Position numbers and translations under genes: made by a program
DNA from: Syntrophales bacterium
GTDB lineage: Bacteria > Desulfobacterota > Syntrophia > Syntrophales > UBA5619
Reading direction: 5' to 3'
Assembly: GCA_030654195.1 (NCBI GenBank)
Contig: JAURXV010000155.1
Location: forward strand, 13,580 to 77,579
DNA: 64,000 nt
Shown here: positions 37,021 to 47,207 of the stretch, piece by piece
How the letters are laid out: each line of letters starts with the position of its first letter
Numbering within the stretch: the first letter of the stretch is position 1
The notes under the pieces: generated by a model
The model's input: the letters and a program-made list of their open reading frames with translations, nothing else
Databases searched by the model: none
Told to the model about the DNA's origin: nothing

Positions 37021-37896
37021 ATGGCCGCACTCAAGGACATTAAACGGAAGATCACCGCCGTTCAGAAAACCAGGCAGATCACCCGGGCGATGAACATGGT
37101 GGCCGCCTCGAGATTCAAGGCCGCCCAAACACGAATGGAGAACTTCCGGCCCTACGCAGCCAAGTTCATGGAAGTTCTGAACAGTCTCGCGCTCCGGGTG
37201 GACTCCGAATCCCACCCGCTGCTGGCGGTGCGGGAACCGAAACGGATTCGGGTGATCAGCATGACCTCCGACCGGGGGCTCTGCGGAGGCTTCAACAACA
37301 ACCTGATCAAGGCGACCGAACGGTTTATCCGGGAGAAAACGCGCGAAGGCCGGGAGGTTGAGCTTATCCCGATCGGCCGGAAGGGGCGGGACTTCTTCCG
37401 GAAGAAGGCAAAAATCATCAACGCCCGGCCCGATGTTTTCGGAAAATTCGACATGAGCCTTGCCGTCCTGATCTCCGGAGACGTGATTCCCCCCTTCGTC
37501 AACGAAGAGTACGACGAACTCTACCTTCTCTACAACGAGTTCGTCAATGTCGCCGTCCAGAGACCCACCGTGGCCCGGCTTTTCCCCCTCCCCGCCATCG
37601 GACGCAAGGAGAAGGGCGAACCGGAAAATCTGCTCGACTCCATCTACGAGCCCTCGGCGCAGGCCCTGCTGGAAAAACTGCTCCCGATGTACGTTCATGT
37701 CCTGATCTACCGCGCGCTGGTCGATACCTCCGCCGGGGAAAACGGCGCCCGGATGGCGGCGATGGACAACGCGACCCGGAACTGTGAGGATCTGATTCAG
37801 AACCTGACGCTCAAATACAACAAGGTAAGACAATCGGCGATCACCGCCGAACTGATGGACATCGTGGGCGGCACCGAGGCGCTGGCGAAAGGATAA
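37021..37896 (+). CDS. atpG: F0F1 ATP synthase subunit gamma.
   Basis: MAALKDIKRKITAVQKTRQITRAMNMVAASRF at the N-terminus and RQSAITAELMDIVGG at the C-terminus. Confidence 0.95.
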   Translation: MAALKDIKRKITAVQKTRQITRAMNMVAASRFKAAQTRMENFRPYAAKFMEVLNSLALRVDSESHPLLAVREPKRIRVISMTSDRGLCGGFNNNLIKATERFIREKTREGREVELIPIGRKGRDFFRKKAKIINARPDVFGKFDMSLAVLISGDVIPPFVNEEYDELYLLYNEFVNVAVQRPTVARLFPLPAIGRKEKGEPENLLDSIYEPSAQALLEKLLPMYVHVLIYRALVDTSAGENGARMAAMDNATRNCEDLIQNLTLKYNKVRQSAITAELMDIVGGTEALAKG

Positions 37897-37909
37897 TCAA
37901 GACGGATAA

Positions 37910-39364
<1,455 letters not shown>

Positions 39365-39380
39365 TCGGAGGCGCTTCAAG

Positions 39381-39788
39381 ATGGCTCGCGAATTGACACT
39401 GGAAATCGTAACGCCCGAAAAGATCGCCTTCACAGGGGTCGTCGAAGAGGTGACCATCCCCGGCACGGAAGGCGAATTCGGCGTTCTCAAGGGCCACGCC
39501 TCCCTGCTGAGTTCGGTCGATATCGGGAAACTCAGCTATACAAAAGACCACAAGAAGACCTATTATGCGGTGACCACGGGTTATGCCGAGGTCTCGGCCT
39601 CCAAGGTCACGGTCCTCGTGGAAACCGCCGAAAGATCGGATCTGATCGACCCAGAGAGGGCGAAGCGCGCCCTGGAGAGGGCCGAGGAGAAAATAAAGAA
39701 ACTGCCCAAACAGGATATGGAGTTCGAAAAGGCAAGGCTGGCCCTTATGCGGGCGGTGATCCGAATCAACGTCGCTGGAAAATCTTAG
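39381..39788 (+). CDS. atpC: F0F1 ATP synthase subunit epsilon.
   Basis: [35 protein letters not shown] chose ATG 39381; the track ORF begins upstream, inside atpD. Confidence 0.9.
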   Translation: MARELTLEIVTPEKIAFTGVVEEVTIPGTEGEFGVLKGHASLLSSVDIGKLSYTKDHKKTYYAVTTGYAEVSASKVTVLVETAERSDLIDPERAKRALERAEEKIKKLPKQDMEFEKARLALMRAVIRINVAGKS

Positions 39789-39846
39789 TGCTGAGGACTG
39801 AGGACTGATTGCTCAGAACTCAGCACTCAGTCCTCAGTCCTCAGCA
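39789..39846. terminator. Bidirectional hairpin between the convergent genes atpC and greA.
   Basis: The 20-nt arms are tgctgaggactgaggactga and tcagtcctcagtcctcagca. The right arm covers the greA stop codon and its last codons. Confidence 0.6.
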
Positions 39847-40316
39847 TCAACGGTGATATCGATGATTTCGAATTCGCGGACGCCGCCCGGCGTCTTGACG
39901 CTCACCTCGTCGCCGACGCGTTTGCCGATCAGCGCCCTGCCGATCGGCGAGGTTACGGAAATCCTGTCTCTTTCGAGGTCCGACTCGAGGGGTCCCACAA
40001 GCTGGTAGGTGATCCCCTTGCCGGTACAGATCTCCTCGATGGCTACGGTCGAACCGAAGACCACCCTCTCGCAGGTCAGGTTCTTAAGGTCGATCACGTT
40101 GGACATCGCCAGGTTGTTTTCCAATTCCTGCATTTTCCCGTGCAGGAAGGACTGCTTCTCCTTGGCCGCTGAGTACTCTGCGTTTTCCGAAAGATCCCCG
40201 TGCCCTCTCGCGATCTCGATGTCCTTGATGTTCTGCGGAATGGAAACCGTCTTTACAACCTCCAGTTCCCGCTTCAACCTTGCAAATCCTGCCCTGGTGA
40301 TGGGTATCTTATCCAT
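39834..40316 (-). CDS. greA: Transcription elongation factor GreA.
   Basis: MDKIPITRAGFARLKRELE...RGHGDLSENAEYSAAKEKQ. I used the internal ATG at 40316. Confidence 0.9.
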   Translation of the reverse strand: MDKIPITRAGFARLKRELEVVKTVSIPQNIKDIEIARGHGDLSENAEYSAAKEKQSFLHGKMQELENNLAMSNVIDLKNLTCERVVFGSTVAIEEICTGKGITYQLVGPLESDLERDRISVTSPIGRALIGKRVGDEVSVKTPGGVREFEIIDITVDAED

Positions 40317-40569
40317 AAAACTTCTTCTCCCGCCCTGATATTCTGGGTGCCTCGCAGGCAGGCAATACCCAGCCGACCTACTACCGCACGAGGTTTGATC
40401 CTTAATCGAGAAAACACGGGCTGTCAAGGAAGAAATGAGGCGGGATGACACTTGTCACGTCCCGGAAACTGTGATAGAAAAGCGCATTACGGTCCGGGAC
40501 CGATGGGACCGGAACATCCGAAAGCGCTATTCGGTTTTCTTAAACTGGAAAGGAGAGCTCACAGCTTCC

Positions 40570-41562
40570 ATGTTCGATCGATATGATCGTGATATCAATT
40601 ATTTGCGTGTTTCCGTCACGGACCGGTGCAACCTCCGCTGCACCTACTGCATGCCCAAGGAGGGGCTCTCCCGGATCGGTCACGACGACATCCTCCGGTA
40701 TGAGGAGATCCGCCGGATCATCCGGATCGCGGCGGGGCTCGGGATCACTAAGGTCCGAATCACCGGCGGCGAACCGCTGGTCCGCCGGGGCGTCGCCGAA
40801 TTTATCGCATCCCTCCGCGCAATCCCGGAACTGAAGGATATCAGCCTGACGACGAACGGCATCCTTCTCGAAGCCTGTGCGGAGAGCCTCTTTGCCGCGG
40901 GAATCCGGCGGATCAACGTCAGCCTCGACTCCCTGAACGCCGACAAGTACGCCCGAATTACGCGGGGCGGGGAGATCCATGCCGTCCTTAATGGAATCCG
41001 CAAGGTCCGGGAAACCGGTTTCTCCCCGATCAAGATCAACATCGTGGCCATCAAGGGGTTCAACGACGACGAGATCCTGGACTTCGCCCGGATGACCCTC
41101 GAAAATCCCTATCAGATCCGATTCATCGAACTGATGCCCCTCGGCCATGCGGGAATCGAAAACAACGGTCGGTATATTTCCAACGCCCTCGTCCGGGAGC
41201 GGATCGAGGGGTTCGGCCGGCTTGAACCGGTCAACGGTCCGGGGAACGGGGACGAGGGACCGGCGCAAATCTACCGCCTCGCCGGTGGTGTGGGGGAGAT
41301 CGGATTCATCAGCCCGGTCAGCCGCCACTTCTGCGGCACCTGCAACCGCCTCCGCCTGACAGCGGACGGCCACCTCCGGGCCTGCCTGCTGTCGGATGAC
41401 GAAACGGACCTCAAGGGCCCTCTCCGCACGGGATGCGCCGACGAGGAGGTGGAGAAGCTCATCCGGGGGGCGATCGCCCGGAAACCAAAAGAGCACCAAA
41501 TCGCCTGTACGGATCACCACATCAAGAAATGCATGAAAGAGATGCCGGCGATCGGCGGGTGA
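40570..41562 (+). CDS. moaA: GTP 3',8-cyclase MoaA (radical SAM, molybdenum cofactor biosynthesis).
   Basis: INYLRVSVTDRCNLRCTYCMP (CxxxCxxC) is present, and the C-terminal second cluster is CGTCNRLRLTADG. Confidence 0.9.
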   Translation: MFDRYDRDINYLRVSVTDRCNLRCTYCMPKEGLSRIGHDDILRYEEIRRIIRIAAGLGITKVRITGGEPLVRRGVAEFIASLRAIPELKDISLTTNGILLEACAESLFAAGIRRINVSLDSLNADKYARITRGGEIHAVLNGIRKVRETGFSPIKINIVAIKGFNDDEILDFARMTLENPYQIRFIELMPLGHAGIENNGRYISNALVRERIEGFGRLEPVNGPGNGDEGPAQIYRLAGGVGEIGFISPVSRHFCGTCNRLRLTADGHLRACLLSDDETDLKGPLRTGCADEEVEKLIRGAIARKPKEHQIACTDHHIKKCMKEMPAIGG

Positions 41563-41639
41563 AGGGTTCTCCCTGCACCGGCGGATGGAAACAAGTTTTC
41601 AAAAGGCGGCGGAAAGACGATGCAGCGAAAGGAAAGAAG

Positions 41640-42425
41640 ATGGGGACGCAGGCAGAGACGGTTCATGACGACTGGCGGGTGACGCCCACCGGCCGCTATC
41701 TCGACGGGAGGATCAAGAGCCTTATCCTCGATCTGACGGCGCCCCGCGCCGGGGAACGTCTCCTCGACATCGGGTGCGGCAGCGGCGAAAACCTCGGCCT
41801 CTTCCGGCGGAAGGGATGCGACGTGACAGGGATCGATCCGTCGCCCCTTTGTCTCGACCAGGCGTGCCAGCGACTCCACAGCCGTGCCGAGCTCCGCATC
41901 GGCCGGGCCGAGGACCTCCCCTTCTCCGACAACGAATTTGACATCGTCACGCTGATCACCTCCCTCGAATTCACCAGCGACCCCGGTCTGGCCGTCGCCG
42001 AGGCAATCCGGGTCTGCCGGGGGCGGGTCTTCATCGGGGTGATGAACCGCTGGTCGATGATCGGCGCCCAGGGGCGCCTGCCGAGCCTTTTCAATCCCCA
42101 AATCCGCACAAAAAACCGTTTCTTCCACCTCGCCTCCCTCACCGCCATGATTCGGAGGCAGCTCCCTGGGGTCCGGATCCAGTGGGGCAGCGTGATCTTC
42201 CTTCCCTGGAGCTGGTATGATTTCGCCACCGGCCTGGAGGAGCGAATCCCCGTGATGAACAACCCCTTCGGCGCCTTCTTCGGCCTGGCCTTCTCCGTAA
42301 CCTTCTCCTTCCGGACGATTCAGGAGGTGATCCGGGAGCCGGTCGCGCTGAGTCCGGATGGCCGGAGACCCGTGCCGGGCGTCGTCCGTGGATTCAAGAA
42401 GGGCGACCTCGTAAAAAAGTCTTAA
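41640..42425 (+). CDS. Class I SAM-dependent methyltransferase (Methyltransf_11-like).
   Basis: Motif I is LLDIGCGSGEN. Further downstream is the conserved stretch FDIVTLITSLEF. The start was chosen at the internal ATG 41640. Confidence 0.75.
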   Translation: MGTQAETVHDDWRVTPTGRYLDGRIKSLILDLTAPRAGERLLDIGCGSGENLGLFRRKGCDVTGIDPSPLCLDQACQRLHSRAELRIGRAEDLPFSDNEFDIVTLITSLEFTSDPGLAVAEAIRVCRGRVFIGVMNRWSMIGAQGRLPSLFNPQIRTKNRFFHLASLTAMIRRQLPGVRIQWGSVIFLPWSWYDFATGLEERIPVMNNPFGAFFGLAFSVTFSFRTIQEVIREPVALSPDGRRPVPGVVRGFKKGDLVKKS

Positions 42426-42474
42426 AAGTCGTGAAAATGGGACGGCTTGCCGGCTGTCTGCGGGGAGACGAAAA

Positions 42475-43485
42475 ATGGTTCATGAGGCGCTGCTGTATGA
42501 AAAGGAAGCGGGGAATCGGGTAAGCTGCGGCCTCTGCGCCCACCGCTGCCGGATCGCCTCCGGCGACCGGGGAACCTGCGGCGTCCGGGAAAACCGTGAG
42601 GGAACCCTCTACAGTCTCGTTTACGGCGCGATCATCGCCGAAAACGTCGATCCCATCGAGAAGAAACCCTTCTTCCATCTGCTGCCCGGCTCCCGTTCCT
42701 TCTCGATCGCCGCGGTCGGCTGCAACTTCCGCTGCACCTTCTGCCAGAATCACGAGATCTCACAGATGCCGCGGGAAACGGGCCGGATCGTCGGGCGTGA
42801 AAGAACCCCGGCGGAGATCGTGGAGATGGCCGTCCGGAGCGGGTCGAAGAGCATCGCCTACACCTACACGGAGCCGACCGTCTATTTCGAATTCGCATTT
42901 GATATCGCCGGAATCGCCCGGGAAAAGGGGCTCAAAAACGTCTTTGTGACGAACGGCTACATGACCCAAGGGATGCTGGAGCTCGTCGCGCCCCGCCTCG
43001 ACGCGGCGAACGTCGATCTGAAGGCCTTCCGCGACGATTTCTATAAAAAACAGTGCGGCGCGCGACTCCAGCCGGTCCTCGACAGCCTGAGAAAGATGAA
43101 GGAGCTCGGGATCTGGGTCGAAGTGACGACGCTCCTCATCCCCGGTCTCAACGACGGCGAGGAGGAGCTCGGCGAACTTACCGCCTTCCTCGTCTCCCTC
43201 GGGGCGGAAACCCCCTGGCACATCAGCCGCTTCCACCCCCAGTACCGGATGACCCAGACGCCGCCGACGCCGGCATCCTCGATTCACCGGGCCGCGGAGA
43301 TCGGCAAATCCGCCGGGCTGAAATACGTTTACTGCGGAAACATCCCCGGAGATCCGGGGGAGAACACCCTTTGCGCCCACTGCGGCCGGCTCCTCATCGG
43401 CCGCTATGGTTTCTCCATCGAACGGCTGGATCTGAAGGGATCGGCCTGCCCCCATTGCGGAACGCCCCTCGACGGGATCTTCTGA
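42475..43485 (+). CDS. AmmeMemoRadiSam-system-type radical SAM enzyme (pyruvate formate-lyase activase-like).
   Basis: It has an N-terminal Cys cluster (CGLCAHRCRI..G.RG.CGVR), the radical SAM motif GCNFRCTFCQN, and a C-terminal CAHCG...CPHCG. Confidence 0.8.
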   Translation: MVHEALLYEKEAGNRVSCGLCAHRCRIASGDRGTCGVRENREGTLYSLVYGAIIAENVDPIEKKPFFHLLPGSRSFSIAAVGCNFRCTFCQNHEISQMPRETGRIVGRERTPAEIVEMAVRSGSKSIAYTYTEPTVYFEFAFDIAGIAREKGLKNVFVTNGYMTQGMLELVAPRLDAANVDLKAFRDDFYKKQCGARLQPVLDSLRKMKELGIWVEVTTLLIPGLNDGEEELGELTAFLVSLGAETPWHISRFHPQYRMTQTPPTPASSIHRAAEIGKSAGLKYVYCGNIPGDPGENTLCAHCGRLLIGRYGFSIERLDLKGSACPHCGTPLDGIF

Positions 43486-43561
43486 CGTTCTCCTCGCCCG
43501 CTCCTACGACGACGGCGAGCTCCCCTGGGATAAGTTATAGTTTGACGAAAACAGGCAGGAA

Positions 43562-43971
43562 GTCAGGATATCGAAAAGGGATCGTATGGTTTCATCTTCC
43601 CTTTTTCTTTTGCATACCATCGGCAAAGAGCTCTCGACAACGACAATGGTGGATCCTTTCATGACCAAATATCTTTTTCCGGGAGGCAACATGCCGTCCA
43701 TTGCCCAGATCGGCGCCGCCGTTGAGAAGAGCTTTGTCATGGAGGACTGGCACCTGATCGGTCCCGATTACGACAGACGCTCATGGCCTGGTTTGAAAAC
43801 TTCGACAAGGGCTGGGATCAATTGAAAGCAAAATACGGCGAGCGATTCTACCGCATGTGGAAATACTACCTGCTTTACTGCGCCGGGTCCTTTCGCGCCC
43901 GGCATGTTCAGCTTTGGCAAATCGTTTTCTCGAAGCACGGCGTCCCCGGAGGCTATGAAACCATTCGGTGA
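43562..43971 (+). pseudogene. cfa: Cyclopropane-fatty-acyl-phospholipid synthase (cfa) C-terminal fragment, 5'-truncated and frameshifted.
   Basis: LFLLHTIG...DPFMTKYLFPGGNMPSIAQI...FVMEDWHLIGPDYDR is in one frame and MAWFENFDKGWDQLKAKYGERFYRMWKYYLLYCAGSFRARHVQLWQIVFSK is in the next. The shift falls between nt 43775 and 43782. The SAM-binding N-terminal two thirds are absent. Confidence 0.75.
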
Positions 43972-44093
43972 GGTGCGATGAGGCGATGAACGCTATGCCG
44001 GCTGCAACCGGTTCACAAGGAGTTATACAAAATCATGGAAAGCGTTTACAGGGTGCTCAAACAGCCCAATGCCGTGGCCAGGGTTGATTGCCC

Positions 44094-44597
44094 TTATGGG
44101 CCTGTGGCATAAATATCATCAAGGGACTGCCGGGCTTCTTGATAGATCCTGGCGGAAAGCCAGAGTGATGAGGCTTCAAGATCGTTTAACGCCTGCTCCG
44201 TTTCTGCCCGCGACAGATACCGGTGGGCGGCATTCCAAAGGATAACGCCCAGGGATCCGTGCACCTCCATGCCCAAGAGGGAGACAAAAAGTCGTGTCGT
44301 CGAATCGTCGGTGAGAAACCAGTCAGCCTTTTTTCTGCGGGCAAGCACGAGGGCTTCCGCCTCGCCTGCATGAAGATCTCCGACTTCTTTCCACATCCCG
44401 GCTTCTTGTTGCTCATGGGGGGATAGGCTTATAACCCGAAGCCACTCAGGCCAGGGGTCTTTCATCTGGAGGGTGGCTTGAGCTTCGTTGAAAACGTGCT
44501 GGGGCAGGTAAAAACTGCCCGTTTGCCTGAGCAAGACCAGGCAATGGGCCTCGTAAAGATGGATGATAGGACCGGCATCGCAGACGACGGTTCTCAT
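44094..44597 (-). CDS. PIN-like (DUF3368-type) putative toxin.
   Basis: VVCDAGPIIHL, HAGEAEALVLA and FLTDDSTTR...GMEVHGSLGVIL match the DUF3368/PIN pattern. It is coupled by a 4-nt overlap to the upstream small gene. Confidence 0.75.
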   Translation of the reverse strand: MRTVVCDAGPIIHLYEAHCLVLLRQTGSFYLPQHVFNEAQATLQMKDPWPEWLRVISLSPHEQQEAGMWKEVGDLHAGEAEALVLARRKKADWFLTDDSTTRLFVSLLGMEVHGSLGVILWNAAHRYLSRAETEQALNDLEASSLWLSARIYQEARQSLDDIYATGP

Positions 44598-44797
44598 TTG
44601 GCCGCATGAGCCTCTTTGATGGCCCAGGCGATGTCTTCCCGGACGAAGCGCTCCATAAGATCAACCCGGTTGCGACGGACAAATTCCGACATGGCCGCCA
44701 GGACGACATCCGGTTCGGACACGAAAAAACCGGACTGGACATAATCATGGATGCGCTCGGCCAGATAGTCCGGCACGGTGATCGATAGCGTTTTCAC
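44594..44797 (-). CDS. Ribbon-helix-helix (ParD/CopG-like) putative antitoxin.
   Basis: MKTLSITVPDYLAERIHDYVQSGFFVSEPDVVLAAM fits the ParD-like RHH pattern. It overlaps the PIN gene start (ATGA). Confidence 0.7.
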   Translation of the reverse strand: MKTLSITVPDYLAERIHDYVQSGFFVSEPDVVLAAMSEFVRRNRVDLMERFVREDIAWAIKEAHAAK

Positions 44798-44991
44798 AAG
44801 CGGTTACCTCCCTTCTTCTAAAATATTATGATAATTTCCTTATCATTTTTTCTTGTCATCCGCAAGCCCCACCAAGCAATCCAAACAAAATCCGCAGAAA
44901 TCAGGTTTTTTGTCTTCACCACACATGACACTTTCAACGTTTGCTGAAAAGCTGCTCTTCGGTGAAAGTCCAATACGGATTTCACCCGCGA

Positions 44992-45354
44992 TCATGTGTA
45001 TTTTAGAAATCTGCTTATGAGTTCGTTCCCGGAGCAATAGGGAATAAACAGCCTTTCCCTCGCCCTCGTGACCGCGACATAGGCCAGCCGGCGGATCTGC
45101 TCCTCCGTCCACCTTCCCGGCGCCAGCCAGTCCAAGCCCAGGAGGAAAACGCACGCATAGTCGAATCCCTTGACGCTGTGGATGGTTGAGATCGTCACGC
45201 TATCCGTGGTGACGTCATAGGATCTCTTGGCCCGGTAGTCTTCGGAGATCCAGTTGTGCAGGAGGCCCCTTTTGTCCAGCGCCTTCCCGATGAGGAGGGG
45301 CAAATTCATGCCGGGGTCATTCTCCGGAGTCTTCATGGCATAGATCACCGCCAT
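44992..45354 (-). pseudogene. C-terminal fragment of a UvrD/Rep-type SF1 helicase.
   Basis: TISTIHSVKGFDYACVFLLG and AYVAVTRARERLFI are helicase motifs V/VI of the UvrD_C domain. No ATPase N-terminal domains lie upstream, and an in-frame stop is about 40 codons upstream of the Met. Confidence 0.65.
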
Positions 45355-45897
45355 TTCCGAGAGAGAGAGTAGCCTTCCTTCGCCGAAAGATGCCGGATTG
45401 TCTCGGCAACCCAGGCGGCAATTTCTCTGTAGTCGAGGAAAGCCCTGATGTCGGGAGGCGCGCCATGAGGCGCTTCAAAGGTTTCCGGAAACAACCGCCA
45501 TAGCGCCATCTGATAGGGAGCGCTTTTCAGATGAAGACAATAGCTGCCACTGTGAGAAAATCACTGTTTATTGTAGTCAATAAGGGCGGCCGATTTGATT
45601 TTGTAACAGAGTTCGACCCGTAATGCTCAACCAAAAAGCCATGCGCCGGTTATTGGTGCCACCTACAAACAAATGGTTTTCAATTTGGAATTGAGGTGCG
45701 GATTGCCAGTTATATTCATCAATTTTACAGGTCTTCATCGAAACCTTTCTTCTGGTGATCAAAAGGGATGGGAAGATGTTCGTATTGGGCCATAACGCCT
45801 GCTCAACAAAAAATAGGGGCGCCAATTTTGTAGCGAACAAGGCTCCTCCCTGTACCCGATAAAAGAAAATGATCAAAGAACCAAATGACCAAATAAT

Positions 45898-46989
45898 CTA
45901 TTTGCAAGAACGCACCGGGAGCGCCCGGAAGAAGTCGTAGTACGATTGGTGACGCCAGTACCGAAGGCCATTGAAGAAAAAGAAGTGGGCAGCCTCGGAC
46001 CCGCGTGTTTCTGACGCCCATACAAACCAATCAATAATCTGTATTACATTTTTATGATTTCCACTCTCATATAGCCTCTCCAGTTCATCCAGTGTCGGCA
46101 TCCGCCAGTCTGAATAGCCGCCACCGCGATAATTCTCGCAATATCTCCTGGCGTTCCACCAGTTTATGTTGCTCCCGTTATCACTGGTCGCCCACATCAG
46201 GTTTGTCTGCGTGTCCAGAACCGTCCCATTATTGTAGGCAATGAAATCTCTATCCCGACTGGTTTCCCTAACTATAGCGCCGAACTGGTGCTTTGACTTG
46301 GCAAGTCGTCTCTTTTTCAACTTGATCTGTTCCGATTCCGGGGACTCTCGCCTATCGGGTTCGTACCTGTCCTGCTCTCCAGCTAACCTCTTCAAAAAAG
46401 CAGGAGCTGTTGCTTTCGATACCTTTGATAATCGCTGCATCAGATCAAACGGAACAGTCCGGAATTTGTAAGCTGATTTAAGATCATTGACCATGCTTAT
46501 CCAGAGATGGCCTGTCATTTCAGCGTCAGCAAGTGCTCGATGGTAGACCCCGCCAGTCTTAAGTTTTTTATATCGGACGAGCGTTTCCAGGCTGTGACTT
46601 GGCGCTTCAGGGTACAGGCGGCGGGACACAAGCATTGAACAGACAAATTCTTGCCTTCGCTGTTTGTTTATGCGATTCAATTCGGCATCGAGAAAGCGGC
46701 AATCAAAGCTAGCATTGTGTGCAACCAGATGGTCCTTTCCTATGAAAGTGGCAAAATTCTGCATAACCTCAGTGATTGACGGGGAACTGCGAAGCATCTT
46801 ATTGGTTATACCTGTGTAGTTCTCAATGAAGCTGCTGATCATCATCCCGGGATTCATCAGGCTCTGAAAGCGATCAACGATCTGGTTATTCTGGATGAGA
46901 ACCGCTCCAACCTCAATGGTCCTGTCACCATAATTAGGTGACAAACCGGTCGTTTCAAAATCAAGAACGACAATGCTGTAATTGCCCAT
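45898..46989 (-). CDS. DEDDh 3'-5' exonuclease (DnaQ/epsilon-like) fused to a C-terminal DUF1566 (Lcl C-terminal-like) domain.
   Basis: ExoI is VVLDFETTG, ExoII is VAHNASFDCRFL, and ExoIII is YHRALADAEM (H-x4-D). The C-terminus has TNLMWA...NWWNARRYC...GYSDWRMPTLDELERLY...ALPVRS. Confidence 0.75.
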   Translation of the reverse strand: MGNYSIVVLDFETTGLSPNYGDRTIEVGAVLIQNNQIVDRFQSLMNPGMMISSFIENYTGITNKMLRSSPSITEVMQNFATFIGKDHLVAHNASFDCRFLDAELNRINKQRRQEFVCSMLVSRRLYPEAPSHSLETLVRYKKLKTGGVYHRALADAEMTGHLWISMVNDLKSAYKFRTVPFDLMQRLSKVSKATAPAFLKRLAGEQDRYEPDRRESPESEQIKLKKRRLAKSKHQFGAIVRETSRDRDFIAYNNGTVLDTQTNLMWATSDNGSNINWWNARRYCENYRGGGYSDWRMPTLDELERLYESGNHKNVIQIIDWFVWASETRGSEAAHFFFFNGLRYWRHQSYYDFFRALPVRSCK

Positions 46990-47207
46990 ACATACTCCTA
47001 AAATAACAGATGGGTTCCTTGCCGAATCCTCATCACCGCATCCTCCGCATCTACACTCCGCCCGCTACATTTGCAGCCTCACGACACCCACCATCGCACC
47101 TCACCGCATTTCTACATCCCTTGCAGTTTACTGGTAGCTACTCACGGTCCACGAACCGCCGCCAGTAAGAATCCCTGACGACATTGTCCAAGCGATTTAC
47201 ATTACCG

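Noticed and set aside
40317-40569. Possible Moco riboswitch upstream of moaA.
   Set aside because: The 250-nt leader has some hairpins, but I could not find the conserved Moco-motif core as I remember it. This needs an Infernal/Rfam scan (RF01055) to settle and is unsupported by eye.
45577-45876. 99-aa minus-strand ORF just downstream of the exonuclease gene.
   Set aside because: It has no recognisable motif, a hydrophobic low-complexity N-terminus and no convincing RBS, and it lies in a region full of gene debris. I kept it as non-coding or uncertain.
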